A DNA stretch of 64,000 nt from Lachnospiraceae bacterium (GTDB lineage Bacteria > Bacillota > Clostridia > Lachnospirales > Lachnospiraceae). Location: the NCBI GenBank assembly GCA_045632875.1, contig JAZQXN010000004.1, positions 40,030 to 104,029 of the forward strand, in the 5' to 3' direction. The notes under the pieces are model-generated. The model saw only the letters and a program-made list of their open reading frames with translations. It was not told where the DNA came from and searched no databases. The position numbers and the translations under genes were made by a program. This document shows, in pieces, positions 10,645 through 21,629 of the stretch; positions within the stretch are counted from its first letter, which is position 1, and each line of letters starts with the position of its first letter.

Positions 10645-13038
10645 TTACCTCGTAACTTCAAATTCTATGCGAATATCATTTGCTCCATGAAGGCTTAAGG
10701 TAACCGCAGCCTTCCCTTCCTGTGAAAGGGTCTTAATATAGGTCCCGCCCATTCCGCCTTTTAAACCAAAGGTCTTAGGACCCACAATTTCAATCGGTCC
10801 TTCCGCTTTTACCGAAACCGGTTCATTACAGTAATATAAAATATTTCCGTTTTCATCTACTGCCCGGACGCGGATTGCAGCCATGTCATAGGTATCTCCA
10901 TCCTGTAACTTGTAATGGTCTGCCTCTGCCCACAACTTCATTTCCGTCATTGGCTTTTTGGTGACACTTGCAACCACTTGACCATCTTTGATGGCTTCAA
11001 AACGGTAGGTTGTTGTACTTTTTCCCCAGTTACCAATGTATTTCCCATAAAGTTCATATGCATCTTCAAAATTCATTCCATATCTGAGAGCCGCTCCCAC
11101 AATGGATAAAACGGTCTTTTTCGGCAATCGGTCCAACCCATAAGTTGCTACGTCATTTAAGGCCTTTTTCAAAACCTTTGCTTTACCTGCCGGATAATGC
11201 TCTATTCTCACCAGACTGTCTCCGATCAGGTCGTTCATTCGAATCGGGCCATGGACCAGATTTCCATATTCCGTCTCTTCTTTGAAAAATTCTGCAATGA
11301 ACTCTTCATTTTTATATAATTTAACGCTATCTGCGTTGGTGAACAAATAAACCTTTCCAAGATTTCCTCCCGGATGCTCTCCTATGTCCATAGAAGAACT
11401 GATTTTTAACACCGGGGCTTCTTCCTGCTGGGATTCGTACACCGCCGCTGCCAATTTAGGATTACGATACATGTCAAGTACGCCATGATGACAAACTCTG
11501 TCTCCGCTTCCGAAATCCTTATGGGTATTATAGTCCGCCATACACCAGCCGAAGCTACCGCAAATATCCTCTTCCCCGGACACATCATTTAGCACTCTGG
11601 CATGACGAAGAGCATGCTCCAACCGGTGCTCCTCACAGTCGTAATTCTTGGTTGGATACATATGACCATTGTACTCTGAAACCAAATATGCCTTATCCAT
11701 ATTGGAAGTCACCTTTTTCTTTGGCTCGCACCCAGGCTTATCCCCGTTATGAACAAAATCGTTATATGTATAAACATCTTCCAACAAATGACTCTTTTTA
11801 ATTGCCCTTACACCGCCGGTTTGTCGGGTTGGGTCCAAGCTATGAGCCACATCATTGGTTTTTGTATAAAAAGCATCGTCATCCTGTGATTCATTAATAC
11901 GGACGCCCCACAAAATGATAGATGGATGATTCCGGTATTGTAAAATCATCTCTTCTACATTTTTCACTGCCTGCTCTTTCCACACTTCATTACCAATGTG
12001 TTGCCACCCCGGCATTTCCGTAAACACCAGTAAACCAAGGCGGTCACACTCCTCTAAAAAATAGTGGGATTGAGGATAATGGCTGGTACGGACTGCATTT
12101 AATCCCAATTCATGCTTTAAAATTCGGGCATCCATTTTTTGTAAGGATGCTGTGGCCGCATAACCAATATATGGATAGGATTGATGGCGGTTCAGACCTC
12201 TGATACGCAGTTTTTTTCCATTCAGATAAAAACCGTCTTTTTTAAATATTGCTTCCCTGAAACCCAAATTATGAACCTGCCGGTCCGTCATTTTACCCTC
12301 AACCCATAATTCCGAAATAATCTCATAGAGTTGCGGATTGTCCACATCCCAATATATAATCCCGGATAAGTCTTCTTTTACATCCAGTGTATTTTCCTTT
12401 ACTTCTTTGTCCCACGCATATAAAGGGGTTTCTCTTTCCGGCAATTTTAATGCAATTTTCAAATTTGTATCTTTTTGGGCAACATTGTCCGAAAAAGTAA
12501 AATGTCCTTCCAAGGTTGCCCCCATTGGATAATTCAGACTACTGTGGTAAAAAATGTCCTCTATGTACTCCGGTTCTTTTACCTCCAGGTATACATCACG
12601 ATATATGCCACCATATGTCATATAATCAATTACATATCCAAAAGGAGGAATGTTTAAATCCTCTTTGCTGTCCACTTTAAGGACAATCACATTTTTCTGT
12701 CCATAATTCACATAATTGGTGATATCTATGGTAAAAGCAGTGTAACCACAAGAATGTTTTCCCACTTCTTTGCCGTTAATATATACCGTTTTTTCGTGGG
12801 CCACTCCATCAAATGTTAACAGCAGAACTTTTCCTTCCCAGTCTTTTTCCACAAAAAAATGATGACGGTAGCCACTAACCATTTGATAAATATGCTCATC
12901 AAAATACGAATACGGCATTTCTGCAACGGTATGAGGAATACGGATTTCTTCCATCCCTTCTTCCCCATATCCCAGCTGAATCATTTCTTCTTTGAAATCC
13001 GGTGAAAATTTCCACTCATTATTACAATATTGTCTCAT
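10645..13038 (-). CDS. Beta-galactosidase-like glycoside hydrolase, GH2
   Basis: YGGIYRDV, GLNRHQ, VRTSHYP, NHPSIILWGVRINE and VSEY motifs; start moved to ATG 13038. Confidence 0.9.
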   Translation of the reverse strand: MRQYCNNEWKFSPDFKEEMIQLGYGEEGMEEIRIPHTVAEMPYSYFDEHIYQMVSGYRHHFFVEKDWEGKVLLLTFDGVAHEKTVYINGKEVGKHSCGYTAFTIDITNYVNYGQKNVIVLKVDSKEDLNIPPFGYVIDYMTYGGIYRDVYLEVKEPEYIEDIFYHSSLNYPMGATLEGHFTFSDNVAQKDTNLKIALKLPERETPLYAWDKEVKENTLDVKEDLSGIIYWDVDNPQLYEIISELWVEGKMTDRQVHNLGFREAIFKKDGFYLNGKKLRIRGLNRHQSYPYIGYAATASLQKMDARILKHELGLNAVRTSHYPQSHYFLEECDRLGLLVFTEMPGWQHIGNEVWKEQAVKNVEEMILQYRNHPSIILWGVRINESQDDDAFYTKTNDVAHSLDPTRQTGGVRAIKKSHLLEDVYTYNDFVHNGDKPGCEPKKKVTSNMDKAYLVSEYNGHMYPTKNYDCEEHRLEHALRHARVLNDVSGEEDICGSFGWCMADYNTHKDFGSGDRVCHHGVLDMYRNPKLAAAVYESQQEEAPVLKISSSMDIGEHPGGNLGKVYLFTNADSVKLYKNEEFIAEFFKEETEYGNLVHGPIRMNDLIGDSLVRIEHYPAGKAKVLKKALNDVATYGLDRLPKKTVLSIVGAALRYGMNFEDAYELYGKYIGNWGKSTTTYRFEAIKDGQVVASVTKKPMTEMKLWAEADHYKLQDGDTYDMAAIRVRAVDENGNILYYCNEPVSVKAEGPIEIVGPKTFGLKGGMGGTYIKTLSQEGKAAVTLSLHGANDIRIEFEVTR

Positions 13039-13040
13039 GG

Positions 13041-14288
13041 CTACCCTTCCTTTTTCTCTGCTGCTATAACCTCCAGAATCACTTTGCATAATCCTGTCCA
13101 TGATATTTTACTTAAATCAGGGGAACTCTCATTTTCTGTCCCCTCACGTTTATTTAAAATATGATTTGCTTCCTTTGCAATGATTTCTGCCAGCTCCTGT
13201 TCAAAAGCCGGGAGGCTTCCTTTTTTCGGCTCATCTTCGTTTTCCATTTCCGGTGGCTTCACAAATGCTACTTGGTGGTTTGGTACCTTTTCATCCAGCC
13301 ACGGTCTGATTCCCGGCAAATCCGTACATATTACTTTCAATCCGCAGGCCATAGCTTCTACTACAACCAAAGGCAGTCCTTCGTAAAAGGACGGGAGTAC
13401 AAATAACTCTCCCTGATTCATTACACTTGCCAGCGTGTTTTGATCAAGCTTTCCCAAAAACTCCACCTTCACCGGCGCCTCTTCCGCCAGGTTTTTAATC
13501 CTGTTATATTCTTTCTCATTCCCATATCCTCCGGCTAAAAGCAGGCGATATGAAATCCTGTCCACAGGTAAAAGTTTGCTACATTCCAAAAGACTTATAA
13601 CACCCTTTTTTTCAGAAAGTTTCCCTGCAAAAACCAGAGTAAACTCATGGTCTTCAGGTTCTTTTTTTACTTTGTTTAACGGTTCATAAAAGACCTCATT
13701 GTTATACCCAGTTCCAATGACCCTGACCATATCTTCCTGACAGGAAAACTCTTGGCAGATTTCTCTTTTTTGCTCTTGATGCAAAGCAAAAATACCATTC
13801 AGTCGGGGAATCATTTTTTTGATAAAGTCTCTCTGCCATGGATTTTTTTTGATCTGTCTTAAATCTGTGCCATGGCAAAAACCATACACCGGAATGTTCC
13901 CTGCCAATTGACAAACCAGGCCTGTAACAAAATATAAATGATGACACAGAATGACATCCGGCTGAAAGATTCTGATTGCCTCTGCAATTTTTTCCCTAAA
14001 CGCATTTTTAAACTGTTCTGTCATATCTTCCGTCATATCCCGGTATCGGGTGCTTTGATATGGCATTTCATCTGACATTCCGGCAATTGGAAAAGGTAAC
14101 TCTTTCGTTTGAAAATATACAGGAAACATTGCCACACTCTCCGGCAAATGAATCACGTCTTCTTCATATATGCCTCCAATCAGTGCCTGTGGGTGTCCCA
14201 TCTTTAAAAACCCCTTAAGCAATTCCGACAAATATACTCCGCTTCCTGTACTGTCCGGCTTCTGTGCCGTAACATTTAAAATTCTCAT
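13041..14288 (-). CDS. Glycosyltransferase family 4
   Basis: FAGKLSEKKG and PSFYEGLPLVVVEAMACG GT-B signature. Confidence 0.85.
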   Translation of the reverse strand: MRILNVTAQKPDSTGSGVYLSELLKGFLKMGHPQALIGGIYEEDVIHLPESVAMFPVYFQTKELPFPIAGMSDEMPYQSTRYRDMTEDMTEQFKNAFREKIAEAIRIFQPDVILCHHLYFVTGLVCQLAGNIPVYGFCHGTDLRQIKKNPWQRDFIKKMIPRLNGIFALHQEQKREICQEFSCQEDMVRVIGTGYNNEVFYEPLNKVKKEPEDHEFTLVFAGKLSEKKGVISLLECSKLLPVDRISYRLLLAGGYGNEKEYNRIKNLAEEAPVKVEFLGKLDQNTLASVMNQGELFVLPSFYEGLPLVVVEAMACGLKVICTDLPGIRPWLDEKVPNHQVAFVKPPEMENEDEPKKGSLPAFEQELAEIIAKEANHILNKREGTENESSPDLSKISWTGLCKVILEVIAAEKKEG

Positions 14289-14302
14289 ATGAACCCTGAT
14301 TC

Positions 14303-15475
14303 CTATTCCTTTAATTTGCTTGGCGGTACCTTCCGGTCCTTCAAACGCTTTTTTATCATTCCCTTAAAAAGGGTATATAATACGGAACATAATGGAATAA
14401 AAACTAAAATTCCTACAATACCAAACAGACTGCCGCCAATGGATACTGCCACCAAAACCCAAATGGATGGTAAACCTACGGAATTTCCCACCACGTGAGG
14501 ATAGATTAAATTTCCTTCAATTTGCTGCAACACAAGGAATAACAATAAAAACCATAAGGATTGTACCGGGTTCTCCATGAAGATTAATACCATCCCCACG
14601 CCGCAACCGATAAAAGCTCCAAAAATCGGTATTAATGCCGTAACTGCAATTACAATACCGGTTAACATGGCATATGGCATCCCAAATATGGACATGGTAA
14701 TTACAAACATGGTTCCTAAAATAATGGCTTCCACGCATTGTCCGGAAAGGAAATTAGAAAATGTCTGGTTGGACAATGTCCCTATCTCCAGAATTTTTTC
14801 CGTGACTTTATCCGACAATAACGCATATAATATCTGCTTTGTCTGGGATATCAGCTTTTCTTTTTGCATCAGCACATAGATGGAAAAAGTAAACGCAATA
14901 ACAAAGGTTGCAATGCCTCCGATAATATTTGAAACCAGTCCGATTCCTGAATCAACCATTCCTGCCGCCAGGTTTTTAACAAATTCCACGGCCATGTTGG
15001 ATAGCGCCGTCCAATCTATTTGCAGTTCCTTCAATGTTGGCTCTAAAGCAGGATATTTTTCCGGGATTTCAATGGCCCAGCTCTGAACTGCATAAAAGGC
15101 ATGCGGTATCTTTTCGATCAACACTGCAAACGTATCTGCCAACTCCGGAATAACAATCGCCAGAACAATAGCCAGGATTCCTACCACACAAAACAATGTG
15201 ATAATATATGCTATCGGTCTGCGGAATTTTTTTAATTTTTCCTTCTTTATGATTAAATTCTTTTCTATTTTTTTCATCGGAACATTAAAAACAAAAGCTA
15301 TAACCGCTCCAATCAAAAACGGTTTTAACAGACGTGCTATAAAACCTAATGCCATGAAAACAACGTCCAACCTTTGAATGCCACAATATACTAAAATTCC
15401 AATTATAAGAATCTGAAGTATATGATTTCTTGTCTGTTTATTAAAATCCATATTTTTTCCTTTCTTGTTACTCAT
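14303..15475 (-). CDS. AI-2E family transporter
   Basis: Multi-TM protein with IPIFGAFIG and QQIEGNLIYPHVVG motifs. Confidence 0.85.
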   Translation of the reverse strand: MSNKKGKNMDFNKQTRNHILQILIIGILVYCGIQRLDVVFMALGFIARLLKPFLIGAVIAFVFNVPMKKIEKNLIIKKEKLKKFRRPIAYIITLFCVVGILAIVLAIVIPELADTFAVLIEKIPHAFYAVQSWAIEIPEKYPALEPTLKELQIDWTALSNMAVEFVKNLAAGMVDSGIGLVSNIIGGIATFVIAFTFSIYVLMQKEKLISQTKQILYALLSDKVTEKILEIGTLSNQTFSNFLSGQCVEAIILGTMFVITMSIFGMPYAMLTGIVIAVTALIPIFGAFIGCGVGMVLIFMENPVQSLWFLLLFLVLQQIEGNLIYPHVVGNSVGLPSIWVLVAVSIGGSLFGIVGILVFIPLCSVLYTLFKGMIKKRLKDRKVPPSKLKE

Positions 15476-15574
15476 TTCTACTCATAAGAATACCACATTT
15501 TTACGGTAAATAACACTATAAATGTATTAATACAATAATGCTTGCGGTAAAACTTTAGAAATATTCATGTTTTA

Positions 15575-15581
15575 TGTCGAA
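15575..15581 (+). promoter_or_regulatory. Possible Spo0A (0A) box upstream of the MCP promoter
   Basis: Exact TGTCGAA in the divergent intergenic region; a 7-mer can occur by chance. Confidence 0.3.
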
Positions 15582-15699
15582 ATTGTGAAAAATCGCGTTT
15601 TTTCTTTTCAATTCTTTCAAAAATATTGTTTATCTTTTACAATTATTGTAGAATAAACCCATCATTGTCTATACAATTAATTTTTATGGAGGAATCTAC

Positions 15700-17436
15700 A
15701 TGGGAAAACAGAAGACTAATCAAAAGAAAGTAAAATTCAGCATCCGACTACAAATTTTAATCCCTGTGGTCATTTGTACCTTTTTAATGGGAGCACTAAT
15801 CGGACAAATTACCATTAGCATTGCAAAAGAACGTATCTTGGAAATAGCAACCGAGCAGGCAAAAACCATGGCTTTAGTGGCAGCACAAAAGGTTGACGTA
15901 AATACACATAACGGTCTGCAACCGGGAGACGAAGACAATACCCAATATCGTTTAATCGTAAATGAACTTCAAAAAATCAAAGGAAGTTCCAACATTAAAT
16001 TTTTATATACTTTAAAACTAATCAACGGAGAATTATGCTACGTTATTGATACAGACACCTCAGAAGACAGATGTGCCATCGGTGACCCACTTGGAGTAGA
16101 TGGAGTAAAAGAAACCGTTATTGACAACGGGGAAATCTGGCTAAGTGATGGCATCATTACTGACGAATGGGGCACCGTCATTCAGGCTTATGTTCCAATT
16201 ACCGATGCCGGCGGAAAAGTTGTAGCTGTACTTGGTTCTGACTATGATGCGGTAGACATCCAAAACACTATGAATCAGTTACAAACCGTATCCACTATTG
16301 TTTCTGTTGCTTCAATGGTAGTAGCTGTACTTATTATTTTCCTGGTAGTTAACTCCGTTATGAAGAAAATCAATATGGTTGGTGACAAAATCTACGATAT
16401 AGTTAATAGCGACGGTGATTTAACTCAAGAGCTTCCAAGCAATAACAAAGATGAACTGGGTGTAATTGCAGGATACGTTAATGACTTATTACATTACATT
16501 CGCGTAGTTGTAACAAATATTAATGAATCTTCCAAAGTGTTAAACACTTCAGTAAAAGCTTCCTTAATGAACGTTCGGGAAACCAGCGGTGGAATCAACC
16601 AGGTTTTCAGTGAAATGGAACAGATGAGTGCTTCTATGGAAGAAACCAACGCATCCATTACCCAAATTGGGGAAATTATTAACAGCATGTTAGAAAATGT
16701 TGATGAGATGGCAACTGCCGCAAATGAAGGAAAACTTCTTACCGATAACATTTCCCACAGAGCACAGAACATTAAGAATCACGCTACCGATACACAAAAT
16801 GATGTTCGCAACCAGGCGATTGCGATGGAAAAAGCATTACAGGAACGAATTGAAAAATCACAGTCCGTTTCCGAAATTGCAAATCTGACTGAGCAGATTT
16901 TAAACATTGCCAGTGAAACTAATCTTTTAGCATTAAATGCTTCCATTGAAGCAGCCAGAGCCGGTGACGCGGGACGTGGTTTCGGTGTTGTTGCAACTGA
17001 AATCACAAAATTGGCTGAAGGTTCTGCACAGACTGCTGAGGAAATCCGCCGTATTTCTGAAGAAGTTATCGGTGCTGTGAACGGGTTGGCCGACAAAGCG
17101 AAAGAAATGTTGGAATTCTTAAATACCAAAACTATCAGCGGTTATGAGGAACTTGTAGGTGTTGGCGAGGATTACCTCAATAATTCAGAAAAGATTAATT
17201 CCATGATGGTGGATTTCAATACTAAATTTATTGAATTTGAAGAACGAATGAAAGAAGTAAATGATTCGATCGATGCCGTTTCTATTGCAGTAGACGAAAG
17301 TACCAAAGCAATTGTGGAAGTTACTCAAACCTCCGAGCAGCTAGCCGGACATACAGATGCTATCCAAAATGATGCAACCAAGAACATGGATATTGCAAAC
17401 CAATTAGAAAACGAGGCAAATAAATTTAAAATTTAG
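15700..17436 (+). CDS. Methyl-accepting chemotaxis protein
   Basis: Two TM helices flanking a sensor domain, HAMP (DELG), and signalling hairpin [26 protein letters not shown]. Confidence 0.94.
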   Translation: MGKQKTNQKKVKFSIRLQILIPVVICTFLMGALIGQITISIAKERILEIATEQAKTMALVAAQKVDVNTHNGLQPGDEDNTQYRLIVNELQKIKGSSNIKFLYTLKLINGELCYVIDTDTSEDRCAIGDPLGVDGVKETVIDNGEIWLSDGIITDEWGTVIQAYVPITDAGGKVVAVLGSDYDAVDIQNTMNQLQTVSTIVSVASMVVAVLIIFLVVNSVMKKINMVGDKIYDIVNSDGDLTQELPSNNKDELGVIAGYVNDLLHYIRVVVTNINESSKVLNTSVKASLMNVRETSGGINQVFSEMEQMSASMEETNASITQIGEIINSMLENVDEMATAANEGKLLTDNISHRAQNIKNHATDTQNDVRNQAIAMEKALQERIEKSQSVSEIANLTEQILNIASETNLLALNASIEAARAGDAGRGFGVVATEITKLAEGSAQTAEEIRRISEEVIGAVNGLADKAKEMLEFLNTKTISGYEELVGVGEDYLNNSEKINSMMVDFNTKFIEFEERMKEVNDSIDAVSIAVDESTKAIVEVTQTSEQLAGHTDAIQNDATKNMDIANQLENEANKFKI

Positions 17437-17446
17437 CCATTAAACT

Positions 17447-17494
17447 AAAAACTGTCGTAGCCGGGCCTCACACCTTGCTTGCGGCAGTTTTTTT
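17447..17494 (+). terminator. Intrinsic terminator after the MCP gene
   Basis: AACTGTCGTAG...TTGCGGCAGTT stem (with G-U pairs) followed by a T tract. Confidence 0.7.
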
Positions 17495-17636
17495 ACGCAG
17501 GAGTGAAAATTACTTTCCTTACCGGTTTTCAAAAATATGTAGGAATGTGGAGAAATTATTGAAGATTTTATGATTTTGTAGTAAATCAAATTTTCCTTCT
17601 GTATAATATTTCTAGTTTATTAATTTGGAGAATTAT

Positions 17637-18281
17637 ATGGAAACAAATCAAATATCTATTGAAGAACACAAAAAAGCTTTGGATAAAGCTATCAAAGCAG
17701 AGCGGGAGAAGTTAGCCGCCATTTCCATGCAAACCATTCTTTCCATTTGTCAGATGGTGGAAGCCAGAGACAACTATACTTTTAAGCACTCTGAACGAGT
17801 TGCCAAATATTCCTGTCTTATTGCAAAAAAAATGGGCTGGAATTCCCGACGTATAAAAAATCTGGAAAATATGGCCTTGCTTCATGACTTAGGAAAAGTT
17901 TGTGTAGAAGACGGAATCTTACACAAGCCAAGCCATTTAACCGATGACGAATATATGACTATGAAAGACCATACCATTGTTGGCGCCAGAATCTTAGAAG
18001 AATTAACTTTTTTGCCGGGCGTATCCATCGGTGCAAAATGCCATCACGAGCGCTACGACGGAACCGGTTACCCATATGGATTAAAAGGTGACGAAATTCC
18101 CATTGAGGCACGCATTATCTGCATTGCAGATGCCTTTGACGCAATGAATTCACGCAGAGTTTATTCCGAAAAATCCGAAAAAAAATACATCCTACAGGAG
18201 TTAAAAAAAGGGCGTGGTACCCAATTTGACCCTGTGTTGTTAGATGTATTTTTGGAGATTTTGGAGGATATGGAGTTTTAA
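17637..18281 (+). CDS. Stand-alone HD-GYP domain phosphodiesterase
   Basis: HSERV, LLHDLGK, HHERYDGTGYP and IADAFDAM; ATG 17637 follows GGAG. Confidence 0.88.
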   Translation: METNQISIEEHKKALDKAIKAEREKLAAISMQTILSICQMVEARDNYTFKHSERVAKYSCLIAKKMGWNSRRIKNLENMALLHDLGKVCVEDGILHKPSHLTDDEYMTMKDHTIVGARILEELTFLPGVSIGAKCHHERYDGTGYPYGLKGDEIPIEARIICIADAFDAMNSRRVYSEKSEKKYILQELKKGRGTQFDPVLLDVFLEILEDMEF

Positions 18282-18405
18282 ATATATCAAATATTACCAA
18301 AGCCTTTTTTCATTATATATCCCCTGGGTATATAGAGAAAAAAGCTTTTTTACCACCCTGGAATCCACCACTTTCATCATGATAACAGATGTTTTCTTAT
18401 ATGAA

Positions 18406-18494
18406 ACGGGTATATAGAAAATTTCTTATAAAAAATACCCTGATTTTTTGATTTTTTCAGGGTAGTAAATCTAATAAATTTTCTATATACCCGT
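18406..18494. repeat. Nested perfect inverted repeats
   Basis: ACGGGTATATAGAAAATTT (18406-18424) and its exact complement (18476-18494); inner TACCCTGA/TCAGGGTA pair (18436-18443 / 18457-18464). Confidence 0.8.
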
Positions 18495-18670
18495 GAGGTA
18501 ATATTTAAACGGCTAATGTGACATTCTTTTTTGTTTTTTAGGGTATGTATATGAACTTTTTTCAGGAATACCCATTTCATGGGTATTTCTTCTGTTATCC
18601 TTAAAGCCTTTACGGATTACTGCGAATGCAAAAAACAACCTCGAATCCGCTTCTTCTCGGTTATTTCTTC

Positions 18671-18828
18671 GATTTATCTGCTCATGCAAGAAGAATCTCG
18701 ATTCCATTCGCTATGCTCATTTCATCTCGACCATTCTTGCCTTCCAATGAAAAACACACAAACAAAAAAGCCCTTGAAATGCCAAGCATTCCAGGGCTTT
18801 GTATTTGTGTATTTTTCGCAGATAAATC
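18671..18828. repeat. Branched palindromic element immediately 3' of rpsI, including a long terminator-like stem
   Basis: 11-bp inverted repeat GATTTATCTGC/GCAGATAAATC enclosing the hairpins GCAAGAA...TTCTTGC and 18749-18817. Confidence 0.6.
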
Positions 18829-19224
18829 TTATCTCTTGCTGAACTGTGGTGCACGACGTGCTGCTTTGAGACCTGGTTTCTTACGTTCTTTCATACGTGG
18901 GTCACGTGTTAAGAATCCGGCTTTCTTTAAGATTGGACGATATTCGTCAGAATCTACCTGAAGTAATGCTCTGGAGATACCGTGACGGATAGCACCAGCC
19001 TGTCCTGTGTATCCGCCGCCTTTAACGTTTACTAAAACGTCAAATTTTTCTACTGTTTCAGTAGCTACTAATGGCTGACGAACGATAACTTTTAATGTAT
19101 CTAATCCTAAATATTCATCAATGTCTCTTTTATTGATTGTGATTTTACCAGTTCCTGGTACTAAATATACTCTTGCAACAGAACTTTTTCTTCTACCTGT
19201 TCCGTAATACTTTGTTGTTGCCAT
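18829..19224 (-). CDS. rpsI: 30S ribosomal protein S9
   Basis: [13 protein letters not shown]...[12 protein letters not shown]...QFSKR. Confidence 0.99.
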   Translation of the reverse strand: MATTKYYGTGRRKSSVARVYLVPGTGKITINKRDIDEYLGLDTLKVIVRQPLVATETVEKFDVLVNVKGGGYTGQAGAIRHGISRALLQVDSDEYRPILKKAGFLTRDPRMKERKKPGLKAARRAPQFSKR

Positions 19225-19243
19225 GTGAACTTACCTCCTCAAA

Positions 19244-19672
19244 TTAAAATGTTAATGTTTCCGGCTTCTGAGCTGCATGTTTGTGTTCAGGTCCAGCGTA
19301 TACAAATAATTTCTTGTACATCTGTCTTCCTAAAGGTCCCTTTGGAAGCATGCCTTTAACTGCAAATTCCATTACTCTTTCCGGTTTGTTTGCTAACATT
19401 TCTCTTAATGTGGTTTCTCTCATGCCACCAACATAATCAGAGTGATGATAGTAAATCTTCTGATCTAATTTCTTGCCTGTAACTTTGATCTTGTCAGCGT
19501 TAACGATGATTACGTAATCACCTGTATCAATGTGAGGTGTGAAAACAGGTTTGTTTTTACCTCTTAATACCTTAGCAACTTCAGCTGCTAAACGTCCTAA
19601 TGTATATCCTGTAGCGTCTACTACATACCATTTTCTTTCAATCTTTGCCGGGTTGGCCATAAAAGTTTTCAT
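19244..19672 (-). CDS. rplM: 50S ribosomal protein L13
   Basis: RKWYVVDA...LGRLA...FTPHIDTGD...GMLPK. Confidence 0.99.
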   Translation of the reverse strand: MKTFMANPAKIERKWYVVDATGYTLGRLAAEVAKVLRGKNKPVFTPHIDTGDYVIIVNADKIKVTGKKLDQKIYYHHSDYVGGMRETTLREMLANKPERVMEFAVKGMLPKGPLGRQMYKKLFVYAGPEHKHAAQKPETLTF

Positions 19673-19689
19673 TGGTTTACCTCCTATTA

Positions 19690-19820
19690 AATGTTTCGTT
19701 GTGTCTCTGTCTTATTCATGCGGAAATGTCCGAAACCACACAAATCTTTATGACAGTGTCTTTCTCATCTATAATCATGTGACCTCGGGGCTAATGAGGG
19801 CACACTTTTCCTATGTCAGA
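19690..19820 (-). ncRNA. Probable L13 ribosomal protein leader (autoregulatory 5' UTR)
   Basis: Approximately 150-nt leader between the promoter and rplM, with a hairpin whose loop contains AUUAGCCCC as in Firmicute L13 leaders; boundaries approximate. Confidence 0.5.
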
Positions 19821-19827
19821 CTTAGAT

Positions 19828-19856
19828 ATTATATTACACGTATCCTGTCGTGTCAA
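19828..19856 (-). promoter_or_regulatory. Sigma-A promoter of rplM-rpsI
   Basis: Perfect TTGACA-N17-TATAAT on the minus strand. Confidence 0.85.
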
Positions 19857-19870
19857 CTAAATTTTACCTT

Positions 19871-20614
19871 TTATTCTGCATTTTTTCGTTCTTTATAGAA
19901 CATCATCATATCCACAGGACCTTTTGGCGGATACCAAAACGCCTTATGCCTTTTTCCTTCATATGTAAAGCCTAATTTTTTCAGCATATTTAAGGATGGA
20001 ACATTCTCCTCAATCGCTCCGGCAATAATCATATCCAGGTGTAATTCTTCTAAAAGCACCTCCACCAAGGCATTCACCGCTTCAAAAGCATAGCCTTTTC
20101 TGCATTGACTCGGATTCACTATATAGCCGATTTCCAAGGTATCAACCACCCTGTCTTCCGTCGGCATCAAATGTATCAATCCAAAGGCTTCATTTGTGTC
20201 TTTATGGGCAATTACATAACGGCTTTCATCTTCTGCAAAGCCCGCCATTTTTTCAAAATAAGCCTCATCCATTTGCTCTGAAGGTTCATATCCTCCGTCC
20301 ATATAGCAGGAATTTCTGTCGTGGTCCATTTCGTATAAAGGAGCCGCATCTTTGGTTTCATATCTGCGGATAATCAAACGCTCCGTTTCTATGTATAATT
20401 GCGGCAACAAAACACTGCGCACATTGTAAGCAAGAAATCCCTCATAATTGCTATCGCTCTTTTCAATTTTGGGTACATTCAGAGTAATTTCAACTTGATG
20501 CCCATTAAATTCACATCGCTGTATCGGTTCTTGCTCCTCCTCTGTATTATGAACAATCAGTTCCAAACCATATTTTTGGAGAAGTTTCCTATATTTCTCT
20601 ACTTGATATATCAT
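19871..20614 (-). CDS. GNAT family (RimJ/RimL-like) N-acetyltransferase with an N-terminal extension
   Basis: IETERLIIR, EIGY, RKGYAFEA and NVPSLNMLKKLGF. Confidence 0.8.
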   Translation of the reverse strand: MIYQVEKYRKLLQKYGLELIVHNTEEEQEPIQRCEFNGHQVEITLNVPKIEKSDSNYEGFLAYNVRSVLLPQLYIETERLIIRRYETKDAAPLYEMDHDRNSCYMDGGYEPSEQMDEAYFEKMAGFAEDESRYVIAHKDTNEAFGLIHLMPTEDRVVDTLEIGYIVNPSQCRKGYAFEAVNALVEVLLEELHLDMIIAGAIEENVPSLNMLKKLGFTYEGKRHKAFWYPPKGPVDMMMFYKERKNAE

Positions 20615-20630
20615 ATCATTTCCTTAATCT

Positions 20631-21611
20631 TTATTTGTCCTTGTTTAAAAAGCTCTGCGCGGACTTGTAACCATACTTCTCTTCTGCTTCCAAAACCGCT
20701 CTGTTAATAGCTTTTCCCATAACATGGGCTGCCAAGGTACCTACCACATCGGCACAGGTTTTCACCTTACCAACAGACAAAGCATATACAGAGTCCCCAT
20801 CCATGGATGTATTTACCGGACGAATCGTTCTGGCAACACCATTACTTGCCATTGCCGCAACTTTGTTCATTTCAGCTTTATCCAAATCGCCATTGGTAAT
20901 AATTGCACCAATTGTTGTATTTAGCGCAAATTTGCTTGCAATCTGCAATAACTTCACAGCGTATTCTTCACTGGAAATCATTCCGTCTTTCTTCTTATTC
21001 AGAAGACCTGCCAACTGTTTATTGGAATCCATTTCATACACATCGCCAATGGCATTTACGACTACAATAGCACCAACTTTCAACGTTCCGACCTGTACCG
21101 CATAGCAGCCAAGTCCGGACTTCATCGTGGACGGATTTCCGAGAATCTTTCCAACCGTAGCGCCCATTCCCGCACCAACATTGCCGTTTCTTTCGATATT
21201 CTTTTCACTATCAAGACAGGCAGCATATCCCATCGCTGCATCCGGACGAACCTTGCCGTCTACGCAGTTTAAGTCAAAAATACAAGACCCTACCACGATT
21301 GGAACGATTGCATTTCCTACCTTCACGCCGCGGCCTTTTTCTTCCAAATACTTCATCACACCGCCTGCAGCGTCCAAACCAAATGCGCTTCCGCCGCTTA
21401 ATAAAAGGCCGTTGATTCCGTCGTTACTCATCAAAGGATTCAACAAATCCGTTTCTCTTGAAGCCGGTCCGCCACCTCTGACATCAACACCGCATTTTGC
21501 CTTTTTATCGCAAATAATAACCGTACATCCTGTAGCATGTTCTTCGTTATGGGCATGCCCGATATGTACGTTTTTTATATCTGTTATACTAATTTCTTTC
21601 CAGTTTGCCAT
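20631..21611 (-). CDS. P1/S58 family (DmpA-like) peptidase
   Basis: TGCTV, VDVRGGGPASRETDLL, LSGGSAFGL, GNVGAGMGA and NTTIG; start moved to ATG 21611. Confidence 0.85.
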   Translation of the reverse strand: MANWKEISITDIKNVHIGHAHNEEHATGCTVIICDKKAKCGVDVRGGGPASRETDLLNPLMSNDGINGLLLSGGSAFGLDAAGGVMKYLEEKGRGVKVGNAIVPIVVGSCIFDLNCVDGKVRPDAAMGYAACLDSEKNIERNGNVGAGMGATVGKILGNPSTMKSGLGCYAVQVGTLKVGAIVVVNAIGDVYEMDSNKQLAGLLNKKKDGMISSEEYAVKLLQIASKFALNTTIGAIITNGDLDKAEMNKVAAMASNGVARTIRPVNTSMDGDSVYALSVGKVKTCADVVGTLAAHVMGKAINRAVLEAEEKYGYKSAQSFLNKDK

Positions 21612-21629
21612 AAACTTCCTCCGCAAGAA

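Noticed and set aside
18377-18961. Short ORFs between the HD-GYP gene and rpsI
   Set aside because: They overlap palindromes or are antisense to rpsI; no integrase or other recognisable motif
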